Part shown: one piece after another, positions 12,081 through 24,803 of the stretch | How the letters are laid out: each line of letters starts with the position of its first letter | Position numbering within the stretch: the first letter of the stretch is position 1 | Assembly: GCF_020745735.1 (NCBI RefSeq) | Contig: NC_083420.1 | Coordinates: 41,044,001 to 41,108,000, forward strand | Length of the DNA stretch: 64,000 nucleotides | Direction of reading: 5' to 3' | Source of the DNA: Hemiscyllium ocellatum | Taxonomy: Eukaryota | Notes under the pieces: generated by a model | What the model was told of the DNA's origin: nothing | The model's database searches: none | Seen by the model: the letters and a program-made list of their open reading frames with translations, nothing else | Translations under genes and position numbers: made by a program

Positions 12081-13600
12081 CAGTCTGGTCTTTGAGAATG
12101 TCTGGTCTTCTATAACATGCTAGTTCTGTTCTCATGTGACCTCGCATTACAGAAAACCATGCAGTAGAAATAATGGGGCCAATGGGAAAAACAGGGTTGG
12201 GGTGAACTACCAAAAATATCAGTAAAAATTAAAACAAAAATTGTAGTTAGCCTAATCCAAATTATAATACAGTCTAATTAAATGTTTAAATCATATATTT
12301 CAATGAAATAGTGTAATAAATTTAGCACTTTATCCTGAAAAATTGGAAGGTAACTTGAAGGGGTTTCTGAGTCTGCTGAGTTATAGTGCTGTATTAAGAT
12401 AGGGGCTGAGGGTTATCATCAGTATCATTATCACTTTCAGGCACAGTTTTAGTTGCAGGGTTAAGATGAAAAAATTTAGTTCAGAGGTAGATAGCTGTGG
12501 TTCATTGTCCTCAGACTGTTTCTTGGGTGTTGACTTAAAAGCATTTAGTTTTTGCTGCTTTTCCATCTTTCTCCTTTCATGAAGAAGCTGTTCATAGAGT
12601 GGCGCATAAGACTTTATGCCACAAACTGCTATCCTCCTGCACTCTGCATTGTCATCATTGTCTTCTAAGTGGCTGCAACTGCTTTTCAACTTCCCTCCGG
12701 ATAGTAGACAAAAGAGAAGTGGAATGTTCTCGTGATGCTGCATCCTGGACTTAACTGTCTTCATCTCGAGCTTCAATTTCCCCCACAGCAAAAGGTTGTA
12801 GACCAGCCATGGAGAGGTCTTCACAATGGGACTGAAGCAGCTCCTCGGTATCCTCAGTCTCCACTTCTGCAAATCCAACTTGCTTTGCAAGAGCGACACA
12901 ATGTGCTTTGATTGCTCGAAGCTCCTCTAATGGCTCAATGCCTTTAAAGTTATGAAGAAAATCTGGGAGAAGATTCTGTCAAACTGCATGTAAGCAGTCC
13001 TGACTGACATCATCCTAGGTCTCCACAATGATGTCAATAGCATTCTTAATGTTAAAGTTCTTCCAACATTGAAGAACACTCATTGTCCCCCTCAGTAGCT
13101 GCAATCAGCTTTCTGAATGTGCACCTCAAGTAAAAAGCTTTAAAAGCTGCTGTTGCATCCTGGTCCATGGGTTGAATTGGAGAGGTTGTGTTCAGAGCTT
13201 GAAGTAGTACTTTGATGTTTTCAGAAAGTTCACCAATGGTGAGAGGATGGCTTGGTGCATTGTCCAGAGTGAGGAGACTCTTGAGATCCAAATTTTTCTA
13301 CTGAAAATATTCTAAAAGCATCAACAATAAGGTCAAAAAAAACTTTGTGCCATCATCCAACCTCTCTTGCTTGACCTGAAGTAAACATCTTGAGTGGACT
13401 CAGCGTACCGTGACACCTAGTGCTGTAGATGGAATTGCCTAATAGCCAATGGGAGTTTGTATTTTTAAAAAATCTTTCCCCAATTCACCTTTTGCATTAC
13501 AGTCAAATTGTGTTGATGAAATGTGTGTTTATAGGAGAACAACCTGTACTATTTCATCTGCTTGCATCACCCTTGTATCCAGACAATTTTCAATGTTACT
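12081..13600 (-). mobile_element. Tigger/pogo-like (Tc1/mariner, DDE_1) DNA transposon relic
   Basis: ORF 13052-13291 LLTLDNAPSHP...NTTSPIQPMDQ...AFKAFY is the pogo/Tigger catalytic region. The left end TA|CAGTC fits a TA target site and TIR start. Confidence 0.75.
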
Positions 13601-13699
13601 CACCACTCATTAGAGAACTGTAAATGCTGGAGATCAGAGTGAATAAAGATTGCTGTGCTTTTTCCAACTCCACTCTTTATCCACTTGCCACTAATTATA

Positions 13700-14130
13700 C
13701 CAAGCTTAGATGGTGGCCAGATTTTATGGCATATGGAACAGACTGTTTCAGTATTTGAGTAATGATGAACAATTCTGAACATTGTGCATTATTAGTGAAT
13801 ATTTCTACTTCTATTCTTATGAAGGAAGGTCAATGATGAAGCAGCTAAAATGGTTAAACAGAGAGCACTATCCTGAAGTTTTCCTGCAGTGAATTTCCAG
13901 GATTGAGATGATTGACTTCCAACAATCACAATCTATCTTCCAACTATCTTTGCGCTGCAACCAATAGAGATTTTCCTCCAGATTCCAATCGATTCCAATT
14001 CTGCTTTGGCTCCCTGATGTCACACTCTGTCAAATATTGTCTTGATGATGAGAAGTCACTCCCACCTCACCTATGGAGTTCAGTTTTTTGTCCTTTGGAC
14101 CAAGACTATAATGAGGTCCTGAGGGCCACA
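13700..14130 (-). mobile_element. CR1-like LINE RT fragment
   Basis: Homologous to 60540-60885 (agctgcttcatcattgaccttccttc on the minus strand). Confidence 0.55.
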
Positions 14131-14360
14131 CAGAGATCCTGACCTAGTATAGGCTACAGAAAAGAACAGCCCTCAGACTAGCCAAATATCAATCGGGTAG
14201 CCCCTTTGCCAGATAGTGAATGTTGATAGGTGTTGTGTGAAGCCAAAATCCAGTGTGGCCACTCACCCTGGCCAAATAGCCAGTCTGGTATCTTGGGAGA
14301 ATCAGAGCACTTGTAAAAGTGGCGATGTGGCTTAGCGGTAGCATTCTTGTCTCTTACTCA

Positions 14361-14579
14361 GAAATGATGTGGAGGTTCTAGTGTTAGACTGGGGTCAAGA
14401 AGGTCAGAAGTCATTCAACACCTGGTTATAGTCTAACAGGTTTATTTGAAATCCCAAGTGTTTGGAGCACTGCCCCTTCGTCAGATGGTAACTCCATCTA
14501 ATAAAGGAGCAGTTCTCTGAAAGCTTGTGATTTCAAATAAATCTGTTGGACTATAACGTAGAGTTGTGTAACTTCTGAC
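14361..14579. mobile_element. Palindromic Penelope-derived element, family B, inserted in a SINE; 8-bp TSD
   Basis: Inverted arms gttatagtctaacaggtttatttgaaatc and gatttcaaataaatctgttggactataac. TSD cttactca at 14353-14360 and 14580-14587. Confidence 0.7.
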
Positions 14580-14923
14580 CTTACTCAAAACGTTATAGGG
14601 TCAAGTTTCACTCCTGAAATTTAAGCTCAAAGTTGTAGATGTTACACCCCCTGGTGGGCTGTACTATGGGAGGTATTTTGTGTAAGACAATAAACTAAGG
14701 TCCCAACTGCTATCTTATGCAGATGTAAAAGATGCCTCCTACTATTTTGAAGAATGACAGAGATGTTTTGCACGAAACTTTAATGATATTTATTCAGGGG
14801 TAAATATTAGTTAAAAACAGATTTCTGCCGATTATTATGTTATTATTATATTACTGTTTGTGCAACAAGTATCTGCAAAGTGGCTGCTGCTTTAGCTACA
14901 TTACAACTACACTTCATTAGCTG

Positions 14924-15015
14924 AAAATGTGTTGCTGGAAAAGCGCAGCAGGTCAGGCAGCATCCAAGGAGCAGGAGAATCGCCGTTTCGAGCATGAGCC
15001 CTTCTTCAGGAAGGG
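14924..15015 (-). mobile_element. Penelope-derived element, family A; 12-bp TSD
   Basis: Minus strand ttcCTGAAGAagggctcatgctcGAAAcggcga. TSD cttcattagctg at 14912-14923 and 15016-15027. Confidence 0.7.
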
Positions 15016-15079
15016 CTTCATTAGCTGTAAAGCACTTTGGGAGAACCTGAGATTATGAAAATTGCAAGTCTTATTCTGC

Positions 15080-17462
15080 AACCCTGGGCAGCCATTGCTC
15101 CCCAAACCGTGAATTCCTCACTATCAAATGCTGCCCCTTCTATCTACCATGGGAATTTATCGCTGCTGCACTAACTGCTGTGTACTACTGTCACAAACAA
15201 AAGTTGAGGAAGCTCTGGATGTGCTGTACTCCATCACTAATACCCTGGAGACAGAACACCCCAAGGTCCTGTTTATTGGAACTGGTGACTTCAAGCCAAT
15301 CTAAGGAAGGTGTTGCCCAGGTACCACCGCTCATTCCCCCCCGCCTCATTTCAGGAATTCTGACCAAAATGCCGTGTTTCTTCTCCCGGCTTACGGGCAA
15401 AAGCTCAAGCAGGAGACCCTCGCAGATACAGGCCCAGTGCTGGTCGGAGGAGGCAGAGGATCAACTCCAGTGCTGTCTGGAATCGGCTGATTTGGCCATG
15501 TTCAAACAGTCCGCAGGTACCTTGGACAAGTACACCACCACTGTCACGGACTTTATCAGCAAGTGTGTGGAGGACTGCACACCGAGAAAGTCAATCTGGG
15601 TGTTCCCCAACAGGAAACCCTGGATGAATCAGGACATACAGAACCTACTAAAAACCAGGCATAAGGCCTTCCGATCAGGAGACCCACTCAAATATAAGGA
15701 ATCCAAGTATGGCCTTCGCAGAGCCATTAAGACAGCCAAGGACCAATACCGATTCAAACTAGAGACCCAGACAGACACCCGGCAATTATGGCAAGGACTG
15801 AATGACATCACAGGTTCTAAAAAGAGACAGTGCAAGACAGCAGTTGATGACACGTCCCTCTCAGATCGTCTCAACACCTTCTATGCTCGCTTTGAGCAGA
15901 TTTTCAGCAGAGAGGTAACACCTATTCTGACAAGTCCTGACGAACCTGTCCCAACAGTCACTGCATCAGAGGTGAGATCAGTTTTCCTTCATGTGAATCC
16001 AAGGAAAGCGATGGGACCTGACAGAGTATCAGGCCGTACACTCAGAGCATGTGCAGATCAACTGGCAGAGGTCTTCTCGGACATCTTCAACCTCTCCCTA
16101 CAGCAGGCCACTGTCCCTGCCTGTTTCAAGAGGGCCAACATCATCCCGGTGCCCAAGAAGGCTCATGCAGCATATCTCAATGACTACTTCGGTGGTCATG
16201 AAGTGCTGTGAAAAGCTGGTCATGGCTTAAACAACTCCAACCTCCTCAATACTCTTGACCCACTCCAATTTGCCTATCAGACCAACAGATCCATGTCAGA
16301 TATCATATCACTTGCCTTTCACTGCTCCCTAGAACATCTTGACACCAAGAACAGCTACATAACCATCCTACTCATTCACTACAGCTCAGTCTTTAACACT
16401 ATTATTCCCTCGAGACTGATTACTAAACTTAGTGATCTTGGACTAAGCCCCACTCTCTGCAACTGGATCCGTAGTTTCCTGACCCAGAGGCTACAATCAG
16501 TGAAGACTGGGGACAACATTTCATCCTTACTAACACTCAACACTGGAGCCCCCCAGGGGTACGTACTCAACCCCCGACTGTACTCACTGTATACCCATGA
16601 CTGCATTGTCAAATACCAGACTAATGCCATTTATAAGTTCGCTGATGACACTATAGTCGGTCGAATCTCAAATGGTGACAAAACAGCCTACAGACAGGAG
16701 GTGGAAGACCTGGAAAAATGGTGCACTGAGAGGAACCTAGTTCTCAATGCCGGCAAACCCAAGAAACTCATTATTGACTTTCAGCAGGATGTTTCTCATG
16801 CCCCTCTTACACATTAACAGCACAGAGGTGGAATGAGTGGAGAGTGTCAAGCTCCTGGGAGCAGTCATCCACAACAAGTTTTCATGGACTCTTCATGTGG
16901 ATGCACTGGTTACAAAGTCTCCTCTTCTTCAGGCTGCTGAGGAAGTTTGGCATGATGGCGAATACCCTTGCCAACTTTTATAGGTGCGCCATAGAGAGCA
17001 CTGTGTCTGGATGTATCACTATCTGGTATGGCAACTGTACGATTCAAGATCGGAGACGGTTACAGAGAGGGTGAACTCGACCCGGACAATCACAAAGGCT
17101 AACGTCCCATCTATAGAATCCATCTACCAGGCCCACTGTCAAGGAAAGGCCACCAGCATTCTCAAAGATCCATCCCACTCTGCCAATGTTTTTCTACAAC
17201 CTCTACCGTCAGGGAGAAGGTACAGAAGCCTGAACACACGCACCAGCTGGTTTTGTAACAATTTCTCCCCTACTGTTGTCAGAATACTGAATGGACTCAC
17301 AAACTCTTAACATTCGCCTGTACCTGTGTTTTGTTTTTGCCACTGTTTACCTATTATTTACTTACCTATGCTACTTAACTCTGTGATCTGCCTGTATTGC
17401 TCGCAAGACAAAGCTCTTCACTGTGCCTCAGTACACGTGACAATAAATTCAATTCAATTCAA
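15080..17462 (+). mobile_element. Rex1/Babar-clade non-LTR retrotransposon, 5'-truncated and frameshifted
   Basis: ORFs with NRKPWMN, RQLWQGLNDITG, LNTFYARFE, PRKAMGPD...LRACADQLAEVFSDIFNLSL, NTGAPQG and KFADDT; ends AATAAA followed by an (ATTCA)n tail. Confidence 0.85.
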
Positions 17463-17884
17463 TATTCAAACAATCACAGACCTTTTTTGGTTCATCTTCC
17501 CACCCTTTCCACTTTTGCTTAATGAAAACTTCTTACATTTCTACCTTTTTCCAGGTCTGATGAAAAGTCACTGACCCGAAATATTAAACTCTATTTCTCT
17601 CTGAGCCGAAACTGGTGTTTATTATGAGTAACAGGCACAAAGATGTAGTACGATCACATTCCTGCTAGTGGTGCTACTGAGTCATTGAAAGTTGAGCTCT
17701 CAGCGAGGAATTGCAACAGGACAGAAGTGTACCCTGTATAAAACAAAGAACTGCAGATTTTGGAAATCTGAAACAGAAACAGAAATTGGTGAAGATACTC
17801 AGCAGGGCTGGCAGCATCTTTGGGATTAAAGCAGGGTTAACATTTCAAGTTCAGTGACACTTCATTAAAGACCTGCTGAATTTA

Positions 17885-18150
17885 GAGTCATAGAGACGTA
17901 CAGCACAAAAACAGACCCTTCAGTCCAACTCGTCCATGCTGACCAGATAGCCTCCTCTAAGCTAGTCCCATTTACCAGCAGTTGGCCTATATTCCTATAA
18001 ACCCTTCCTATTCACATACTGATCCAGATGCCTTTTAAATGCTGTAATTGTACCAGCCTATACCACTTCCTCTGGCAGCTCATTCCATACACACACCACC
18101 CTCTGTCCCTTAGGTCCCTTTTAAATTTTCCCCCTCTCACCCTGAACCCA
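17885..18150 (-). mobile_element. CR1 3' end
   Basis: Typical CR1 3'UTR (agagtcatagag...tacagcac) and WNELPEEVV on the minus strand. Confidence 0.75.
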
Positions 18151-19704
18151 TGCCAATTTTTGCATTTTGTATTCTTTATATATTTATAACATTGTATTCT
18201 TCTTCTGAAGTTTCTTCTATTCCTTGTTCTGTTAGGTTACCTGTGGCTGAGTTGGGAACACACTTTTTCTCATTCAGAATATTGTAGGTTCAAGTGCCCT
18301 AAAGAAACTTGCCATGTTTTCTACAATATATCAGTGACTACATTTCAAAAGTAAACCACTGACTGGATAGGATGTCCTGAGTTTAGATTCCAAGTCTCTT
18401 TTCCTCCTCTCCCTAATGCTCTGATAGTACTTTTTAAAAGCACAAAGAACCTCTGAGAAGTGTTGATGGAATAAATAAGGGGAAACTGTTTGGTGGGGGA
18501 ATTACCAACAGATTGAAGATAATTGGCTAAAATTTCTGATGAGAAATGAGTATCTCTCAGACATTAAGTTGTGATGATCTGGAATGCACTGTCTGAAAAA
18601 GATAGTGGAAGCAAACTCAATGAAATTATTGCAAACGTGAATTAGATAATTTAAGAATTATAGGGAGAAAGCAGGGATAGGGGGAGGTGATGCTGATTGA
18701 AGAACTGATTGGAAGAGTCAGTACAAGTACACTGTTCAAATGGGCTCCTCTGTGAAATTCTGATTCAGCCAAGTGACTTTCATTCCTCTCATATATGAAT
18801 CTTGATAAAGAGTGGCAAACCATCTTACTGTGATGAGAGAGGGCGAGCAATTAACTGATTTTCAGTTAAATCCATCCCTGTTTTCACACAATCTTCACAT
18901 ATACATCCATCCAAAAGGGATTGCTAGAAAGTGATCAGAAGAAAGAATCTAATTTCATCCCTCTGCATAGCTAATACATCAACCACCCTCTGTCACAACT
19001 ATTATAACCGAGACTGATTAACACAGCACAGAGTGAGACTAGAATCTCCCTCCTTCCTACTCTATATGTCTCAACTACACAGGTAAGCTGAACATTATTA
19101 CTGTTAAATTTTATGTGTTGTTACTACTGTTTATGATAAGTACAGTGCTTCAGTCCAGTAAGTACTGTGCCACTTACTCTGCTTATATGACAAGTCTCTG
19201 AGCTGCAAATGGGGTAAAATAATGCACAATGACATGTTTTTTTTAATGAACAGTAATTAGGTCAAACAAGCCAACAACTTACTGATGGGTCTCAAAGACT
19301 TTCTCACCATATCCCTCACTCAACTCCTAGATTGAGGAACATGTCCAGTCCAGAGATCTGAGCACAAAATCAAGGTTGACATTGAAATGTAGTACTGAGG
19401 GTCTATGGGTGCTGCCAATGGGTACAATGTTAAACCAAGGCTGCATCACAAAAGCAAAAATACTGGAAATCTGAAATTAAAACCGAAACAAACACAAAAA
19501 CAAGTTTTGAAATGTTAACTCCATTTATTGCTCCAGACCTGCAGAGTGTTTCAGTATTTTTGGTTTTTACTCCACTGTCCCTCTTCAATGGATATAAAAT
19601 AAATTTCCATGACAGTAGTTCAAAAAAGAGCAGGGATTTCTGCCCATGACCTGGCATGTACTTATCCATCAACCAATACTGAAAACAGATTCCCCATGAG
19701 AGGC

Positions 19705-20810
19705 TCATTCAGAAAGTAAGGAGCCATGGGATACAGGGAATTTGGCTGGCTGGGTACAGAATTTGCTGGTGCATAGAGGACAGAGGGTGGTAGTAGATGG
19801 GAAGTATTCAATATGGAGCTTGGTGACCATTGCTGTTCTGGGACCTCTGCTCTTTGTGATTTTTACAAATGACTTGGATGAGGAAGTAGAAGGGTGGGTT
19901 AGTAAGTTTGCCGAAGGCACGAAGTTTGGTGGAGTTGTAGATAGTGTGGAGGGCTGTTGTAGGTTGCAGTGGGACATTGGCGGGATGCAGAACTGGGCTG
20001 AGAAGTGGCAGATGGAGTTCAACCTAGAAAAGTGTGAAGTGATTTATTTTGGAAGGTTGAATTTGAATGCAGAATACAGGGTTAAAGGCAGGAATTTTGG
20101 CTGTGGGGATGAACAGAGGAATCTTGGGGTCCACATCCATAGATCCCTCAAAGTTGCCATCCAAGTTGATAGAATTGTTAAGAAAGTGTATGATGTTTTG
20201 ACTTTCATTAGCAGGGGGATTGAGTTTAAGAGCTGTGAGGCTATGCTGCAGCTCTACAGTGCCCTGGTTAGACCACACTCAGAATACTGTGTTCAGTTCT
20301 GATCATCTCATTATAGGAAGAATGTGGAAGGTTTGGAGAGGGTGCAGAGGAGATTTATCAAGAAGCTGCCTAGACTGGAGGGCATGTCTTATGAAGAATA
20401 TTTGAGGGAGCTAGGGCTTTTCTCATTGGAGCAAAGAAGGATGAGAGGTGACTTAATAGAGGAGTAGAAGATGACGAGAGGCGTAGATAGAGTGGATAGC
20501 CAGAGACTTTTTCCCAGGGTGGAAATGACTATCACAAGGGGGCATAATTTTAAGGTGACTGGAGTAAAGTTTAGGGGTGATGTCAGACGTAGGTTCCTTA
20601 CACAGAGAGTGGTGGGTGAATGGAATGAACTGCCAGCAGCGGGAGTCGAGTCAGATACATTAGGGACATTTAAATGACTCTTGGTTAGGCACACGAATGA
20701 CAGTAAAATATAGCGTACATTGGTTAGATTGATCCTAGAATAGGATAAAAGGTCGGCACAACATCGAGGGCCAAAGGGCCTGTACTGTGCTGTACTGTTC
20801 TATGTTCTAC
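19705..20810 (+). mobile_element. CR1 LINE RT and 3' end
   Basis: ORFs with RGQRVVVDG, VLGPLLFVIF, WQMEFNLEKCEVI, LVRPHSEYCVQF and TRGHNFK; tail tgtactgttctatgttcta. Confidence 0.85.
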
Positions 20811-21102
20811 ATTTCCAATTGTGAGAGTATGTTCTGGGTAAACTGACTGCCATGAATCCTATATTCAGGGTGACTGACTGTTAACAATAAAATCAAATTT
20901 AATTCCGTAATTTCACCTCTGAATTGAACTCAGAGTTAATTTTCTTGCTACCATTCAATGCATGTTTAATTTGTGTTGATATATCGTCCTTTTATGATTC
21001 AGACAATTCATGCCATAATGTGATCTCAGTAAAAGCTTAATATAAATGTGAAATCCTGTGAAAGATGCTCCTTTATGTGATACTGTGTAGAAACAGGAGG
21101 AG

Positions 21103-21205
21103 CAGTGGTGACCATACAGGCAGGCCCAGCGGTGACCATACAGGCAGGCCCAGCGGTGACCATACAGGCAGGCCCAGCGGTGACCATACAGGCAGGCCCA
21201 GCGGT
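21103..21205. repeat. Minisatellite, 24-bp unit x about 4.3
   Basis: Near-perfect tandem copies of CAGCGGTGACCATACAGGCAGGCC. Confidence 0.95.
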
Positions 21206-23302
21206 AACACTGCTAGAGACAAGATTGAGATGGGACTGGAGAAGGGACAGAACTAAGACTAAGGAAAGGCTCTGATGACGTCAAGGTCTCTCAAAATGTT
21301 GGCTTGCACAGAAACTTTAACTCTGCTTTCTCTCCACAGATGCTGCCAGACCTGCTGAGTTTTCCCAACAATTTCTGCTTTTGTTCCTTCAAAACAACTT
21401 GCTTGGATATACAACATTTTGCAACATCCTATGGTTGTGAAAAGTTTTGTGGTACAGTAGTCCATCCCTAGCTCTGAGACAGAAGCTACAGGTCCAGGTT
21501 CCACTCCAGGATTTGATAGCTAAGGAAGGTGCATTCATAATGCAGCTGGTAATCCTTACAACATATGTCAATGACAGTCAGTAACAGCAGGTGATATTCC
21601 TGATCATCCACATGATGACATAAAATTGGAGCTTCTACCATCATTGTCCATGTCTCCAGGCAACAATATACATGTAAATACAAATGTTGCCACAGTATAT
21701 TGGACTCCTAGGGAGACTTGTTGGCTCAGTTGGTTGGAGAGGATCAGATTGGTGTCAATAACACAGGATTCAATCTCTGTTCTGCTGGATTCAAGACTTG
21801 CCTCCTTATTCTCTGTGATTGAGGCTATTGGCTTGATCTGCCTTTGGGGACAGAACTCAATAAGATCTCTGTAGCTTTTATTCTTCACCTGTTTCATAAT
21901 CCCGGTTGTACATTAGTTGTAAGTTACATTGTGCCTTGCTTTTTCAGTTCAAATTGTTTATCGTATGTATCGTCTATGGTTGTAATGTTTATTCAGTGTC
22001 ATTTACAAGCCTCCTGAAAGCATAGTAGTGCACTGTTTGCTATTCTGGGAATCCAGCCTTTTGAATCTTGTGAATTACTACACAGCATCGTGTAGATGGT
22101 TTGTTCTGCTACGATTGTGTCTCAGTAGTGAAAGGAATGAACGTTTACAGTGGTGGATGAGGTGCCAATCAAGTGGGGCTGTTCTGCCTTCATTGTGTCA
22201 AGCTCTTTGAGTGTGGATTGTATTTCATCACACTCCTAACTTGTTCTTTGGAGATGGTGGGCAGGCATTCTCCTGATCAGTGTCTAATTGACTCCATGAT
22301 GAAAAGTGCGTGTATGGCTACTGTACAAGCACAGGATTAAGCAAGGCTATGATGATCCCCCACAAAAGTGAGTGAACACTTTGACAACCTGTATTATACA
22401 CAGTGTCTGGGCATTTGGAAGAAGGTCAGATGTGCTCCATGGAGAAGCAGCCAGCTGATCAATGGGTCAATGCCATAAAGAACTGAGAGGGAAAGTCAGG
22501 AGGAAAATACCTGTACTTCCTTCAAGGAAAATGAATGATTTCTCCACTTTCCCCAGTACGTAATCAGACTGGAAGAATTGGCACCTCTTATTTTTGAGCG
22601 TTGACGTGACGTCACTTAGCAATAAATTGTAGAGTGTTAGTTTTGACTGTCAGTTCAGTCACAATGACCTAGTCTGTGGTTTTCTATTGTTGGGAATGTC
22701 TACTGTATCATTTCCCTGGATCATTCATGTGGTCGGTGAAAGAACAAGAATTGAGGTGGGCCAATAAGAATTTAATGCCGCTGGTCCTACAGTCTGGAAA
22801 TAAATCCAGGCTCCTCTCAACTCCCCCATTTATAAACAGTTTGTTAAGATAATTAATGTTCTCTTTTCCTACCAGTTACAATCTCTCAAAGTCACTGCCT
22901 ATTCTTCAGTACTTTATTTTATAATCATTGTTGTTTGGTTGTAACACTAACACCACTGAGGCAGAAAACTATAGTTTCGGGCTGTTTAAAAATCAGCCGT
23001 GTTGGTGGCTGCAGAAACATCTACAATTAGGTCAGGTAAGGATGGTAAGTTATGGATATCAGTGAACCATGTGGGTTTGTGTACCAATTTGACTGCTTAT
23101 ATCTCCTTTTATGTGTCACCTATCTTCTTTGTACATTACTATCAGAGGGTTAACTAAACTTCCAATGAAGTTCACTTCCAGCTCTGACATGAAACAAGTT
23201 GCCACTCTTACAGCAGGCAGAGAATTTAACTTACATTTGTTCAAAGATATTGTAATCACTTAAATATCTAATAAACTTATACAACTTATAATAAACTTAT
23301 AC

Positions 23303-23500
23303 AGCGTGGGTTTCCTCCGGGTGCTCCGGTTTCCTCCCACAGTCCAAAGATGTGCGGGTCAGGTGAATTGGCCAAGCTAAATTGCCCGTAGTGTTAGGTA
23401 AGGGGTAATATGTAAGGGTATGGGTGGGTTGCGCTTCGGCGGGTCGGTGTGGACTTGTTGGGCCGAAGGGCCTGTTTCCACACTGTGAGTCTAATCTAAA
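23303..23500 (+). mobile_element. 5'-truncated HE1/V-SINE-type SINE
   Basis: gcgtgggtttcctccgggtgctccggtttcctcccacagtccaaagatgtgc...gggcctgtttccacactgt; CpG-retaining, so probably young. Confidence 0.75.
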
Positions 23501-24009
23501 AAAAAACTTACAGCAAGGGCTCAGACCTAATGTATATCTTAACTGGCCACATGACCTATCCAGTCTAACGTCACTGTACATTTCTGGTAGCCTTCTTCAA
23601 TAATGTAATTCTTTTTCAAAATAATTTATGAAATTAGTTTCAAGTATGCTTTGTGCCTTAGAATTTTACCTTCCACCTGCTGTACAAAGATTAATATTTT
23701 TGATTTTCTTGTGCAATTATTCAAATTTTATATGAGACATATTTATATTCAGAATTTAATATATAATTTACATATGAAAAAGTATCTATAACTTATATTC
23801 AGTACTATGTCTCACATAGCAGTCTGCACATTATGTATACTCAGTTTTAGATGTAAAGTAATTAACTGTTTTACAAATTAGATTATAATGTTCATACATT
23901 TCTATATTTAATATTTTAAAGGTAGTATTTTAGTGTCTGGACTGATATAAGTTGAATTAAGTATCTGTTACAAACTTTATATTCAGTATCTCTACTTTGG
24001 GGATGATTT

Positions 24010-24110
24010 TTGTTTTCCCGCCACCTCTGAGGTCTCTGTGACGTTGCCGGAATGTTCATGAATGAAGTCACATGGGCAAACAGCGGGTGACGTCAGCGCT
24101 CCCGGAACTG
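24010..24110 (+). promoter_or_regulatory. CpG-rich promoter, probably of the small Maf gene
   Basis: Abrupt CpG cluster after an AT-rich stretch. E2F-like TTTTCCCGCCA (about 24013), TGACGT next to ETS CCGGAA (about 24039-24052), full CRE TGACGTCA (24088-24095) and ETS CCGGAA (about 24102). Confidence 0.65.
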
Positions 24111-24173
24111 GGCTCCGTGAGTGAGTGAGGGAGCCCGGCCACTGAGAGGGGGAAGAGAGCGAGTCCCCAACAG
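24110..24173 (+). other. Putative non-coding exon 1 of the small Maf gene (start approximate)
   Basis: Donor CAG|GTAGGG at 24173/24174, with alternative GTGAGT donors at 24117 and 24121. Small Maf genes have untranslated first exons. Confidence 0.5.
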
Positions 24174-24447
24174 GTAGGGGCGCCGGCTTTATCCACCTAT
24201 GTGTTTGTCCTGCTGCAATTAACTATTCATAATCAGTAACTGGGCATTGAAATATTGGGAAACAGCATGGACACTGGGAGATGGGCACTGGGTGAGGATA
24301 GGCCGTGGGAAACTAGTCAAAAGGAACAGGGAAAGCGTGAGGGGGTACAGGGAGTGAAAGCACTACAGAGTGGGCACTGAAAAAAAACATGGAGAGAGTG
24401 AGAAGGATCATAGAGCATGGGGACTAGGAGAGAGGTGGAATGAGCAT

Positions 24448-24803
24448 GGGTACTGGGAGAGAGGAAGATGGAGTGAGCGTACAATGGGCACTGGGAGAGA
24501 GGAAGATGGAGTGAGAGTACAATGGGCACTGGGAGAGAGGAAGATGGAGTGAGCGTACAATGGGCACTGGGAGAGAGGAAGATGGAGTGAGAGTACAATG
24601 GGCACTGGGAGAGAGGAAGATGGAGTGAGCGTACAATGGGCACTGGGAGAGAGGAAGATGGATTGAGCGTACAATGGGCACTGGGAGAGAGGAAGATGGA
24701 TTGAGCGTACAATGGGCACTGGGAGAGAGGAAGATGGAGTGAGCGTACAATGGGCACTGGGAGAGAGGAAGATGGAGTGAGCGTACAATGGGCACTGGGA
24801 GAG
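24448..24803. repeat. G/A-rich minisatellite, 38-bp unit x about 9
   Basis: Unit GGGCACTGGGAGAGAGGAAGATGGAGTGAGCGTACAAT with single-base variants; degenerate TGGGCACTG-type units flank it. Confidence 0.95.

Noticed and set aside
12381-13291. Possible domesticated TIGD/pogo gene
   Set aside because: Broken into short frames by stops and frameshifts and retains a TIR-like end, so it is a decayed transposon.
15180-17310. 343-aa and 174-aa ORFs as host genes or an active LINE
   Set aside because: Rex1/Babar RT split by frameshifts and deletions, and 5'-truncated.
21065-21256. ORF with PSGDHTGR repeats, or a CRISPR-like array
   Set aside because: Head-to-tail 24-bp tandem repeat with no unique spacers, in a eukaryotic context with no cas genes.
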